Shown here: positions 1 through 57,612 of the stretch, one piece after another
Layout of the letters: each line of letters begins with the position of its first letter
Numbering within the stretch: position 1 is the first letter of the stretch
Source: Paraspadella gotoi
Taxonomy: Eukaryota; Animalia; Chaetognatha
Direction of reading: 5' to 3'
Length of the DNA stretch: 64,000 nt
Assembly: GCA_051294375.1 (NCBI GenBank)
Contig: CM119263.1
Span: 31,789,476 to 31,853,475, forward strand
Made by a program: the position numbers and the translations under genes
The notes under the pieces: generated by a model
Database searches by the model: none
What the model was told of the DNA's origin: nothing
Seen by the model: only the letters and a program-made list of their open reading frames with translations

Positions 1-60
1 ATCTCTCTCTCTCAACCCTGTATTTTTACTATTTTTAACCAATAATATCTCTCTCTCTCT

Positions 61-93
<33 letters not shown>

Positions 94-2505
94 ACAATCT
101 CTCTCTCTCAACCCTGTATTTTTACTATTTTTAAACCAATATCTATAAATATTAAATTTTACCCAATATTTCAATGACCGCCTATGATCTCTTGCCCTCT
201 CGACTGACCTCAAAATGTCTTTCCAATGACCTCTCTTTGTCTTCTCTTGTTCTTCTCTTGTCCTGACCCCTTTCACCTCAGACCTCTCTTTGTCCTTGAA
301 AAATATCCTTCTATATTTTCCTTTTTTAATATATTCTTTTAATAAAAATTATAATCTATTTGAATTTTAATATTTTCTTGATTACAGTAACTTTTTTCTT
401 TACTCGATAAACTGGAGGGAATGGATATCTCTCAAACTAGGAGTTGAATCAGCTAAGCGATGAGTAATAGATGCAGGAAGGGTTAGCTTGTGTCCCATTG
501 GACGGATTTTTTAAAAATTTGAAAAAATTGCGCTCAGCACCTTAAAAAATTTTTTACAATATTTGCTCTAGCGCAGTTATTAATGAAGCTAGCCCCATCA
601 TTTTTTGCTCATAAATACTCCGAGACGAGCCTACATAATGATGTAATAAAATTTTTGAATTCATTTAATTTTTTTGGTTTTAATAATTAATTTGGCAAAA
701 TAATATTCAAATATACTGTAAATATCCAAGGTAATTGATTCTTTTTTTTATACAAAATGATACATTGAACTTGAGCAGTTATAATAAATAACAAATAAAA
801 TTTTAAAAAATAATTTTAAATACCAAAAATATTTTTTCAATATTATAAAAATATATTATAGTCTTAAAACTAATTAAAATATTTAAAAAATATAAAGGGT
901 TTGAAAGCGGACTTATGCTGATTCTAAATCTATTTTTTTTTTTAAAATTTGATTTCTTGTTCTCGTTTTACAGACTCATACATTTGTAAAAATTAAAAAA
1001 ATCATCCCTTTTTCAAAACCTTATAAAAAATGATTGGTCCATGTATTGAAATAAAAATTTAAAACTAACTTTGAAAAAGTAATATCTTCTTGCTATTAAA
1101 ATTTTAAATGAGAAGAATAGGATTTGCCAAGATATCAAGGAAGAAGTGTCATTATTTATATTTTTATGAAAAAAAGAATAAGATTTTTTTAATAAGCAAT
1201 TGAACTATTCTTTCGTGGCCGAAGCGGCTAGGCAGAGGTTCTTCTCAGACGAGGTTTAGTAATGACTTAAATTTTCTGCAATATTGAGGACAACCGCACA
1301 AATTTTTGTGTTCACCTATCTTTTTCTTACTAACATTACACAACCAAAGTCAGAGTTCTAATGCAGACATAATGAGTAGACCTTTCCATGCATGAAAAGT
1401 TTTTAAATCACAAAAACGAGTATTGGTAAAGGTGCCCATACATCATATGAATTTTTTGAACATTTTTTTCAATAGATTTTTACAGTAAATGATGCCAACT
1501 CTGAAAAAAAATAAAAAAATGCTAAAAAATTTACTTTTTCATAAATATCTTTTAAAGTTTTATTACTACAGGGACGAAACCCAATCTATCTTGTATAGTA
1601 GGGTAGCCCCACTCAATGGAATAAACTTTTCTTAAAATCTTAAAAGCATAAGGATCGCCGCAATTGCATAGAGAGAGAGAGAGAGAAATCGTTTTCGGAC
1701 GAATCACGAAGAGAGCGCGTTCAAATTATTTTGGGCAGTTAGGGATTTTTACATTTTTCCTCAAATTAATCTTTAGTTTCAAAAACTTGTGACGTCAAGA
1801 ACGGTAGTGAAGGTTTCAGTAACTAGACAACTCAAATAAACAAATATTGACAACGCCGTAAGCAGCGCTAGTACGACTATTATGGCTCGCCTCAATAAGT
1901 CTTTTCCTCTCTCAGCCGAAATCTTATTTTTGACCGTACTTCTTTGTCCTCACGCGTTCGGCCAAATCGTTTTTCTGGTTATTTGTCGAATCTTTGTCGA
2001 TATTTTGTCATAATTTGCGGAGACTCAAGATAAATATTTAGTTCGTTTATTAAACTCGCAAGGACGGACGACGCCTCGAACGCTTGACGTCGCGAGCGTG
2101 AAATACAAGAAGATATTTTCACATGACCACGACGATGATAATAATGCTGTTAATGATTGACTTGATTGATTAATTTATTGATTACAAATTTATTTATTTT
2201 AAATGAAGTACTATGGCAACAGCCGGGTTGCTTGTGATGCCCTTTGGGATGGAACATTTCATTGTTGGCTCGATCAATACTACTTTTAAGATTTTTAAAA
2301 AAATTTTATATAAAATAAAAGAAAAATTGACAAAAATTATTAAATTATTAACAAGTTTGAGCAAATGATATCAGAATGTACTATTTTTTATTTACTCTAA
2401 GAAAAGTGCATTCCCATTTTCTTTTTAACGTAGTTCAAACCTATTAAATAAAAATAAGGTAAGTAATTTTTTTTAATATTAAAAAGTTATAACTTTTTAA
2501 CCTAT

Positions 2506-2740
2506 TGAAGAGACAGTAATTATTGATAAGTGTTAATGACAGAAGCATTCAATATAAGCAGTCGCTGAGCTTCGGATCAGGCTGTAACACCATGTTAGAG
2601 GCGGGTTAAGCGCCCCGTCCCTCTTAACTGCCAGACGACCACCGGGCTAGAACCCCGGACCTTTTAGGTTGGGAGGCGAATGACTTGCCTCCGGCACCAA
2701 TGGCCGCTGATGAACGGTTGGTGGATTTTAGTCCACCATA
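2506..2740 (-). mobile_element. Solo LTR of the tRNA/twister-containing TRIM family
   Basis: Reverse complement of the LTRs at 25452..25688 and 25890..26123 (TATGGTGGACTAAAATCCACC...TCTCTTCA). 4-bp TSD CTAT at 2502-2505 and 2741-2744. Confidence 0.9.
2558..2631 (-). ncRNA. Putative twister ribozyme (permuted, P5-closed) in solo LTR
   Basis: Minus strand reads GCAGTT-AAGAGG-GACGG-GGCGCT-TAA-CCC-GC-CTCTAAC..GTTACAG-CCTGA-TCCGAAGC-TCAG-CGACTGC, the same core as the copies at 25563 and 25999. Confidence 0.75.
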
Positions 2741-4345
2741 CTATAGTCTTTTTTTTAAAATCTTTTTAGCAAAACAAAGGCAATTATCTCTCTATTCAAT
2801 TGAGCATAATTTTCTTTTTAAATCTTTCACAAACATTGTTTAAAAATATCATTTTTAAAAAGTTTATCAAAATAGCTTAAAACAATAGGTTTTAAAAAAA
2901 TGTATTTAGTAAAAAAAATAACTTAATTTATAATGCGAGGTATGTAACATATGTCAATTTTTTCCGCTCTACAAGATAGATTAGGTTTCATCCCTGTAGT
3001 ATAAATGTTTTAAAGATATTTATGAAAAAGTAAATTTTTACCTTTTTTTCATAGTTGGCCGCATTTACTGTAAATTTTTTTTGAAAACAAATGTTCAAAA
3101 AATTCATATGATATATGGGCACCTTTTACACAAACGATTTTTGATTTAAAAACTTTTCATATATGGAAAGGTCTACTCTTTATGTCTGCATCTGACTTTG
3201 GTTGTCCAATTTTAATAAGAAAAAGATAGGTGTTGTGAGGTTGTCTTCAATATTGCAAAAAACTTACTAAATCCTTACTAAGTCCTTACTAAATCCTAGT
3301 CTTTTGAAGAACCTCTGCCTCAGCCGCTTCGGCCATGAGAGAATGCTTCAATTGCCTATTAAAAAAATCTTCTTTTTTTTTTCATAAAAAAATATAAATA
3401 ATGACACTTTTCCCTTGATATCTTTGGCAAATCTTATTTTTCTCATTTACAATTTTGATGCAAGTAGATATTACATTTTCACAAGTTAATTTTAAATTTT
3501 TTTTCCAATACATGGACCCAATCATTTTTTTATAAGGTTTTGAAAAAGGATGATTTTTTTAATTTTTACAAATGTATGAGTCTGTAAAACAACAACAAGA
3601 AATCAATTTAAAAACAAAAATAGATTTAGAATCAGCATAATGTCCGCTTTCAAACCCTTTATAGTTTTTAAATATTTTAATTAGTTTTAAGACTATAATA
3701 TATTTTATAATATTGAAAAAATATTTTTGGTATTTAAAATATTTTTTTTAAATTTTATTTGTTACTTATTTAAAACTGCTCTTGTTCAATGTTATCATTT
3801 TGTATAAAAAAAGAATCAATTACCTTGGATATTTTCAGAATACTTTTGAATATTATTTGACTAAATTAATTATTAAAATCAAAAAATAAAATGAATTCAA
3901 AAATTTTATTACATCATTATGTAGGTCTTCTCGGAGTATTTATGAGCAAAAAATGATAGGGCAAGCTTCATTAATAACTGCGCCTAGAGCAAATATTGTA
4001 AAAATATTTTTTAAGGTGCTGAGCGCAATTTTTTCGAATTTTTTAAAATCCGTCCAATGGGGACACAAACTAACCCTCCTGCATCCATTACTAACAGCTG
4101 AGCTGATTCCAATCCTAGTTTGAGAGATATCCACTCCCTCCAGTTTATCGAGTAAAGAAGAAAGTTACTGTACCTAATTCGTATTTTAAGTTTTCTGTTC
4201 TTTTTTTTTTTTGTATTTTTAACTCCGATTTCTTTCAGTAATACTATAATTATTTTTTTAATGAGTTTTTAAAAATAGTATTATTTTGAATAAAAAAAGA
4301 ATATTCTTAGTTGGTCGGTCTTAGCTAATGAAGTCGGAAATCAGC

Positions 4346-4429
<84 letters not shown>

Positions 4430-6018
4430 TGTTGAGAAAGTTAAGACGAAATAAAAAGAGAGAAAAGAAGTGTTTAAGAGCCGGGCTACAGCGCGTTGCG
4501 TGGAATACAGTTTTTAAGAGAAGTCTTTAAAAAAGAAAAGAAAAAAGATTTCTTTATAAAGAAAAGTTTTTACTCTTGTCATTTGGTTAAGATTTTATTT
4601 CATTCGACGATAATTTAAATATTGAATTTAACGATTACATATAAGTTTGGAAGAAAAATTCGTCGTTACTTTAATTATATTATTTAAATTTTAACTAATT
4701 ATGAATCCTTATAGTTTTATAATATATATTACCATCTTTCTCCTTTATTTTCTTTTTTTCCATTTTCCATTTTTCCATTTTACACTTTCCGTCTTTCCTA
4801 TTTTTAATTTATTACTATCCTGATTTACCATTTTATATGTTTCCATTTTTATATTTCATTTTTTCCCCAGTCTTTCATTTTCTGATTTCCATTTCTATTT
4901 CTACTTTTCATTTTCACTTTCAATTTTACTAATTTTGCATTTCCAGTTTTTCACAAATATCAATTTTATAACTTTTACAATGTTTCATTACCATTTTCCC
5001 ATTTCCTTCTTCCAAATTTTCTATTTTTCACTTCCCCTCAATTTCCGCTTTCCCTTTTTCACTTCTGTTTCGATGAAAACCAAACTTCTCAACTTTGCCC
5101 CCGATGCTCTTTTGTTCTCTCTTACTAACGCAAGGATTTTCCGTTTATTCAGCGATCACAGCGACATCCATAGTTTCGATTTTGTATTAAGGTATATATA
5201 CTTGAGTACAGTTCTCCGAGGCGACGCATGGCTGATTCTGATTGGTTCTTCGTGATTTCGATAGATTCTGATCACGATTTTATCGACGTGGAACGCTTCA
5301 GATCTTGTTCAGTCTTGCATTGCGTTTTAGTGCTTTTTCAAAGATCAATAAATAGCTTTTTAGATATCTCGGAAACTTTTTTAAATTTAAGAACTTTGTG
5401 ATCGCTGGACCTTTCTTGTGATAGAGGCAACCTTTTTTCTACATATTTTGCTTCAGAAACAAGTAAGAAAGAGTCTTTAAACTGAATATATTTGCTGAGT
5501 TTGTATTAAATGTTTTGTTATTCCTTGCCCAGGACTTCTAACTCACATCTACTAAAGATACTTGATTCGTCAAGTCCTGGGCTGAGCCTACTTGGCAGAG
5601 ACTTTGTCGTCCATCCTCACTTGAGCGTCGAGACCGGCGCCATCGTCTCTTTCGCGCCATCATCCTCGAATTGCTCTCGTTTTTGATAGCGCAGAATCAG
5701 CTCAAGAAGTTAGTCGTCAACGTTAGCCAACGTTAGCAAGCTCTTCGAACTTAGTTCAATACAACTTCCCCTTTTATCCCATTTCCATTTTCAACATCCC
5801 TTTTTGCCTTTTCCACAATTTACGCTTTCCCTTTTCCACTTCCTCTTTTATCCCATTTCCATTTTCCACATCCCCTTTGGCCTTTTCCACTTTCCTCCTC
5901 TTCGCGTCAAACACGTTGGGCGTCGCTTTGTCATTCGCTCCAAACCTGTTTGGAGTCTCAAAGAGAAAGAAAAATAGAAAGAAAGATAGAAAGAGAGAAA
6001 GACAAAAGAAACAAAGAG

Positions 6019-6049
<31 letters not shown>

Positions 6050-7025
6050 CAGAAAGAAAGAACTAGAGAGAGACCAAAAAAGAAAGATTGAAAAAAAAAG
6101 AGAAAAAAGGAATAAAGAATAAAAAGATAGTAAAAAAAGAAAAAAAGAAAGAAAGAAAGAAAGAGAGAAAGAAAGAAAGAAAGAAAGAAAGGTTGCCATA
6201 ACCTGGATCTGGCGTGGATGGACCGACATCAATTCTCATGAGTTTTCTGTCTGTGTATCAGAGAAAAAAATGAGAAAAAAATAAAAGAATGAAAACCAAA
6301 GCAAATGTGAACAAAAAACAATGACGTTAAGAAAAATATTTTATTCATTATATATTTTATTTTATTATTTCTTATTTATTTATAAATTTAATCATTTATT
6401 TGGAATTATTAATTATTATTATACGTATTTAATATGAATTTTAATTTTAATATCTTTTCCCTTTAACATTCATATTTGCATTTGCATTTTTTTGTTGCTT
6501 TATTCGATTTTTTAACAAACATCTATAGGGGTTAAACAACATCTGCGAACATCTGTAAATATTTGTGAGCATCAGTGAACCAGACTCGGCTAAAAATAGA
6601 CGAAGGATAACGCGAAGGGAAGACAACGACGACGACGACGACGACGAGGAAAATGACAAATTTGACGAGGAAGAAATTTGCTAAAAAAAGACAAATTCCG
6701 AGACTAAATTGACAGAATTGAAAATACTGGAACAAAAAAACATAAAGACTTAAGATAAAATTGACAAATAGAAATTGATAATGTCTACACGTCTGACATG
6801 AATTACAGTAAACATTTTAATAATATGTACACTAACTAGTAACTAAACTTAATTTAGTAAACTATTAGTTGAATTTGTACTCATAGCAGGTTTTTGATTA
6901 TAGGGAATAAATGTATATAACTGTAATATTAAAATAGCTTAATAGCAATATAGCTTTATTAGCTTAATTATGAAATGAATGAATACTTTGTACCAATTTC
7001 ATTAAACAAATCAAAGTTGATTAAA

Positions 7026-7155
<130 letters not shown>

Positions 7156-7247
7156 GAAATTGTTTTCTCTTTATTTCTTACTCTCAAGCGGCGAATCGTA
7201 ATACGCCCATTTTTATCAAATGCAGCTTAAAAATTGTCTCGAGAAAT

Positions 7248-7278
<31 letters not shown>

Positions 7279-7281
7279 GAC

Positions 7282-7316
<35 letters not shown>

Positions 7317-7838
7317 CAAAGAGAGAGACGAAAGGGACATTTTGTCTGTTTTATTTCTCGAATTTTCCGCAATGGTTTATTTTTTCCGTTCAGTCCCTAC
7401 TTCTCTATCTCCCTCTCTCTCTCTCTCCGTCTGTCTCTCTCTTTCTCCGTCTTTCTCTCCCTTTTCTCTTTGTTTTATACATGTATGTTCTGAGTTGAAG
7501 GGAATTGAATAAGCCTAAGGTTATTTAAATTAAATTAATATTTTCTATTATTTCTGCCTCTTCCATATTATATTCTTCTTTCCATATCTCTTTCTTCTGT
7601 CCATCCTTATTTCTTCTTTCCATATCTCTTTCTTATGTCCATCCTTATTTCTTATTTCCATATCTCTTTCTTATGTCCATCCTTATTTCTTCTTTCCATC
7701 CCTCTTTCTTCTTTCAAAAACTCTTTTCCCTCTGCCTCCTTTTTATCGCCTCTTGCAACTTTGCCAAAATCTCTCTGCCAATAAGGTCAAGGCTCTTTAG
7801 CAAAGGCTCCTCTTTCTTTCTTTCTTTCTTTCTTTTTT

Positions 7839-7870
<32 letters not shown>

Positions 7871-8018
7871 TATTTTTCTTTTTTCTTCTCACCTTTTTCC
7901 CCTTTCTTTCCTTTTCACCAATTACCCTGCATAACTCAGTGAACTCAAATTTTTTAATTCTTTTTTTTTCGTGTATCTCTCTCAAGTCCTTCATCCACTT
8001 AGGCCTTAGGGAAAGAAG

Positions 8019-8062
<44 letters not shown>

Positions 8063-8295
8063 AGAGAGATATATATATATTTTTGTTGTTGCCATTTTAG
8101 TACATACTATTTCTCTTTAATTGTTATACCATTATTATTTTTATTATTTTAAAATCTGTCAGAATTCGAAAAATGAACGACAAGGAATTTATTTCAAAAT
8201 ATAAATATTGTTGTTGTTGTTAAATTAAATTTAGTTCAATAGAGCGATGATTATGATGATGACGATTAAGATGATGATGACGAATACCTAGTTGT

Positions 8296-8376
<81 letters not shown>

Positions 8377-8612
8377 CGATGATGATGACGATGATACCCT
8401 AGTGAGTAGTTTACTTTTTCTTCCTAAAAAATAGCGACTTCCCTGTTTGAATTGTTTTTTATTTTTGGTTCCGCATTAATTTTCCGCGATTTATGAGATT
8501 TTTTTGCTTTTTAGTTCCTGTGATGTTTCACTTTGTGAAATTCACAAGATAATTAATCTTTACTGTCGTCGTCGTTTTCGTCTTCACCCTCTGTGATAAT
8601 AAAATCTACGGA

Positions 8613-8655
<43 letters not shown>

Positions 8656-9916
8656 CGCCAATTAGTTTTTAGCTATGCTCCGTTAATGAGTCTAATTTCA
8701 CTGGAAAACTAATAAAAACTTTGAAAGAGCACATACGTCATTCGTCGTCATCATCGTCGTCGTCGTTCCTTTGTTTTCGATCGCTTATTCATGAGCGAAG
8801 TCGTTTCACTTTTCTGCCACCAGATGTCCCCAGCCACATCATGATCGCATTGCTGACATCATCATCAACATCACGAGTCTCATCACTGCTCTCAATTTTA
8901 TAATAGTGTTTAATTGTTTATACATAATTCCTCTTTTCTTTATGAAAATAAATATTCTAAATTTACATTTAGTTTTTAAAGCAGACTTGATGTGAATTCA
9001 TATGTAGTTTTTTTTTTAAAGGAATTTCATGTTGATCTTTACTACAGTGACTATCTAATTTATATGTTTTTATCACCACAATAATTGTTTTATTTTAAAA
9101 TTTAATTAATTATAAACTACTCTCTTTCCTTTCTTCCCTTTCCTTTCTTTCCTTTCCTCCCTTTCCTTTCTTTCCTCTCTTTCCTATCTCTCTTTTGCTC
9201 CCTTTTCTTTCCTCTCTTTCTTCTCTTTCCTTTCTTCCCTTTCCTCTCTTTCCTTTCCTCTCTTTCCTCTCTTTCCTTTCCTCTCTTTCCTTTCTTACCT
9301 TTCTTTTCTTTCCTCCCTTTCCTCTCTTTCCTCTCTCTCCTCTCCCCTCTTTCATTTATTCATTCTTTATTTTCCTCCCTTTCCTCTCTTTCCTTTCTTC
9401 CCTTTCCTTTCTTTCCTAACTTTCCTTTCCTCCCTTTCCTCTCTTTCCTCTCTCTCCTTTCCTCTCCTTCTTTTCCTATCTTTCCTTTCCTCTCCTTCCT
9501 TTCTTCCCTTCCCTCTCTTTCACTCTTTCCTTTCTTTTCTTTCCTTTCCTCCCTTTCTTCTCTCTTCTTTCCTCCCTTTCCTTTCCTTTCCTCTCTCTTC
9601 TTTCCTCTCTTTCCTTACCTCTCTTTCCTCTCTTTCTTTTTCTCCTTTTCATCTCTCTCCTTTCCTCTCTTTCCTTCTTTCCTTTCTTCCCTTCCCTTTT
9701 TTCCCGTTCCTCTCTTACCTTTCCTCCCTTTCCTCTCTTTCCTTTCCTCTCTTTCCTCTTCTTCCTTTCCTCTCTTTCCGTTCTTACCTTTCCTTTCTTT
9801 CCTTTTCTCTCTTTCCTGTCTTTCCTCTCTCTCCTTTCCTCTATTTCCTTTCCTCCTTTGCCTAACTCTCCTTTCCTCTCTTTCCTCTCTCTCGTTTCCT
9901 CCCTTTTTCCTTTCAG

Positions 9917-54943
<45,027 letters not shown>

Positions 54944-55019
54944 ACTTTTTTTGTCAGTTTTTAAATTTTTTTTTATGATAAAATCTTTTTTTTAATCGAG
55001 TTTTTCTCTCTTTTCTTTT

Positions 55020-55766
55020 TAGTCGGATCTGCTTAACGCAGATTCCGACTCTATAATCCACTTTGTCAGCCCGTCGGTCCACCCCCCCAATCTTGTTGGG
55101 CATTCACTAAGATCATATCAGAAAATCAAATTATGATAAATTATGCAAAAAAAATTATGTCCGTTCGTCAGTCCGTCCGTCCGTCCGTCCCCCTTTAGCA
55201 AAAAACTCCTATTACTCGTGATTGGATGGATGGATTGGAATTAAATTTTGTGTGTGGGTAGGGAAATGTGTGATTGAGCTGGATATTTGATGGAATCGTG
55301 CGAGTGGAAATGAGTTTAAATGAAAAAAAACAAACCTGTTTCACTATTTGACTATGCTTTTTTTATATTAAATATATATGTAGGAAGTATTAATTAATCA
55401 AATAATTAATCAGTTAATTAATTAATCAATTAATTAATCAATAATTAATTAATAAGTCAATTAATCAATCAATATATTAATCAATAAATGAATTTATTTA
55501 TCTATTAATTAATTATTCAATCAATCAATTTATTTATCAATAAATTAATTATTTAATCTATCAATCAATCAATAAAGTAAGTCAATCGGTATCGGCTTTA
55601 TTGTCATCGTCGCCATCATCATCATCGTTGCGTTTGTCGTGATCAGTGACGAAAAGATCTAAAAACAAACATTTTGCATCAAATTAACTAATTAGGCAAT
55701 TAATTAATTAATTTAAATAATAATTAATAAATTAATTAATTACCGCTAATGATCGTGGGCAGATCT
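55020..55766 (+). mobile_element. Helentron-associated non-autonomous element (DINE-1/HINE-like), copy 2
   Basis: Starts AGTCGGATCTGC..GCAGATTCCGACT (hairpin), then (GTCC)n and AT-rich central repeats, and ends GGGCAGATC in a T run. Reverse complement of 19750..20664. Confidence 0.72.
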
Positions 55767-56988
55767 TTTTTTCTTTCTTCTCCTTCTTAATTTTATCTTT
55801 TTTTTCGGCCATATTATCCGAAAACGCCCCATTGAACGAATGTTTTTTAGTTTTTTAGGTTAATTATTATTATGTAACGGGTTTTGGACTTGGAACCAGA
55901 CTTGAAGGTTTTCAAGGCCCCCAAAGCAGTTTACGGTCATCCTCACACCTTATCAGAATTAATTTTTTTTTTAAATTTTAAAATTTTTTTTAATATTATA
56001 TAACAATATAATAATTTAATAAATTAGAAAATTATTTATAGTTCAGAACATTTTTACAAAAAAATATTTTAATTCAAAAATGAATACCAATAATAGATTT
56101 AATTAATACTATTTTAAAAAAAAATTAAATTTGGTCGGCCAATGCTACTATTAGGGATTGACCCTAGTACCTAAAAGTTATTAACTTATTACTCATTAAA
56201 TAATATTATCAGTTTATAACTGAGATATTTAACTTATTAACAAAGTAAATTTTTAAAATTAGTTTTAAGAATTACAAACCGAAATGGGGCGCTCTCGGAA
56301 ATTGGAGCCCCTTTTTGGAATTATATCAACTTTAAATCCTAATTTCGACGCAAACAATTTATTAAAGTTAGATTATACATGATATTCATCAATAATTGTG
56401 TTGTAAAAAAATTTTTGCACCATTTCGTTTATTCATGAATTGATTTATCATCGAATTCTATGTTGAACTATATTTTAGTATAAAAATAAAAGTTGACTTT
56501 TTTAATGTAAGAAAATACTCATTTTTAAAAATTTTTATGATCAGAATCTGATGTTTATAAAACAGTTTAATATATCTTGTTTTAAACTATTTGATTTAAT
56601 GTTAAATATTTGTAATGTGATATATAAATAGTTATTCATTTAATAAAAAAAGTGTTTCTTAACTTGCATTGTTTTATGACTTTTATCCGGCACAAAAATC
56701 ACAAATATATCCTTAAATTATGTTATTTCCTTTCTTTTCGTTGTGTATATATAGTTAGAGAAAACAAATAAATAAATTTAAAAAAATCCTTGTTATCAAA
56801 CAAACAAACTTTGTTTTCTCTAATCTTAAAATTAATAATTCTTATAAATTTAATAATAATCGATACAATTTATTTTTAATATTATATAAATTCTTTAAAA
56901 AACCTTCGTTAGATTACACAGAAACATAAGCACAAACAACGTTTAACGTTACTTCATCTCACTGAAAATTATCAATCATATTGACTAT

Positions 56989-57612
56989 TAGGGTGGAGTG
57001 ATGAAAAGATTGAGTGATTGAACATTATTTTTTTGCTGCCTATGGACATATAATTAATGAATTTTAAATCCTTTTAAAAATTTTTTTAGCATAACAGTAT
57101 AGCAAATTCAATTATTTATGTAGTAATATCCTTATAAAATCGTTAAATTTCAAAATAATTTTTTTTTATTTTTAAGAACTGATTTGGATTCGCGGTAAAA
57201 AACTAAGAAACTTTTATAAAATATGTTATATGATATTTTAATGTTTAGATCACAAAAAATGACTAAAACGTTTTAACATATATAAGTTTCTACTACAGAG
57301 AATAAAAAAGTCAGGAATTTTTACCTTTTTCTTATTTTAAACATTGAAGATGACAGAATTTTTGATAACATGTTTTATATTTTTGATTCAACTTTTTATG
57401 AAGAATCTGAATCTTTATTAAAAGTTTTATAAAAATTATTTTAAAATTTACTATTTTATAAGGATATTACTACAAATATATTATATTTTGCTATTCGTTC
57501 CCAAGATAATATGAACGAAATATTTTTGTACTAGTTAATCATACTATCTCACATCTAAATATCATTGTTCGATCATTCAAATAAATTTTTTGTTCTTGAG
57601 TGCTCCACTCTA
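56989..57612. mobile_element. hAT-type MITE (8-bp TSD TTGACTAT)
   Basis: Termini TAGGGTGGAG / CTCCACTCTA, with TSD at 56981-56988 and 57613-57620. The interior is partly palindromic. Confidence 0.85.

Larger units (their letters stand above)
385..4170. mobile_element. Foldback / large non-autonomous DNA transposon with ~1.2-kb inverted arms (Tc1/mariner-pogo-like termini)
   Basis: Left arm 385..~1595 (CAGTAACTTTTTTCTTTACTCGATAAACTGGAGGGA...) is the reverse complement of ~2970..4170 (...CCCTCCAGTTTATCGAGTAAAGAAGAAAGTTACTG). Flanked by TA at 383-384 and 4171-4172. No transposase ORF. Confidence 0.9.

Noticed and set aside
5533-6232. Nested minus-strand gene or upstream tincar exons
   Set aside because: GC-richer patches with splice-like sites exist, but I could not build a consistent frame or find a recognisable motif.
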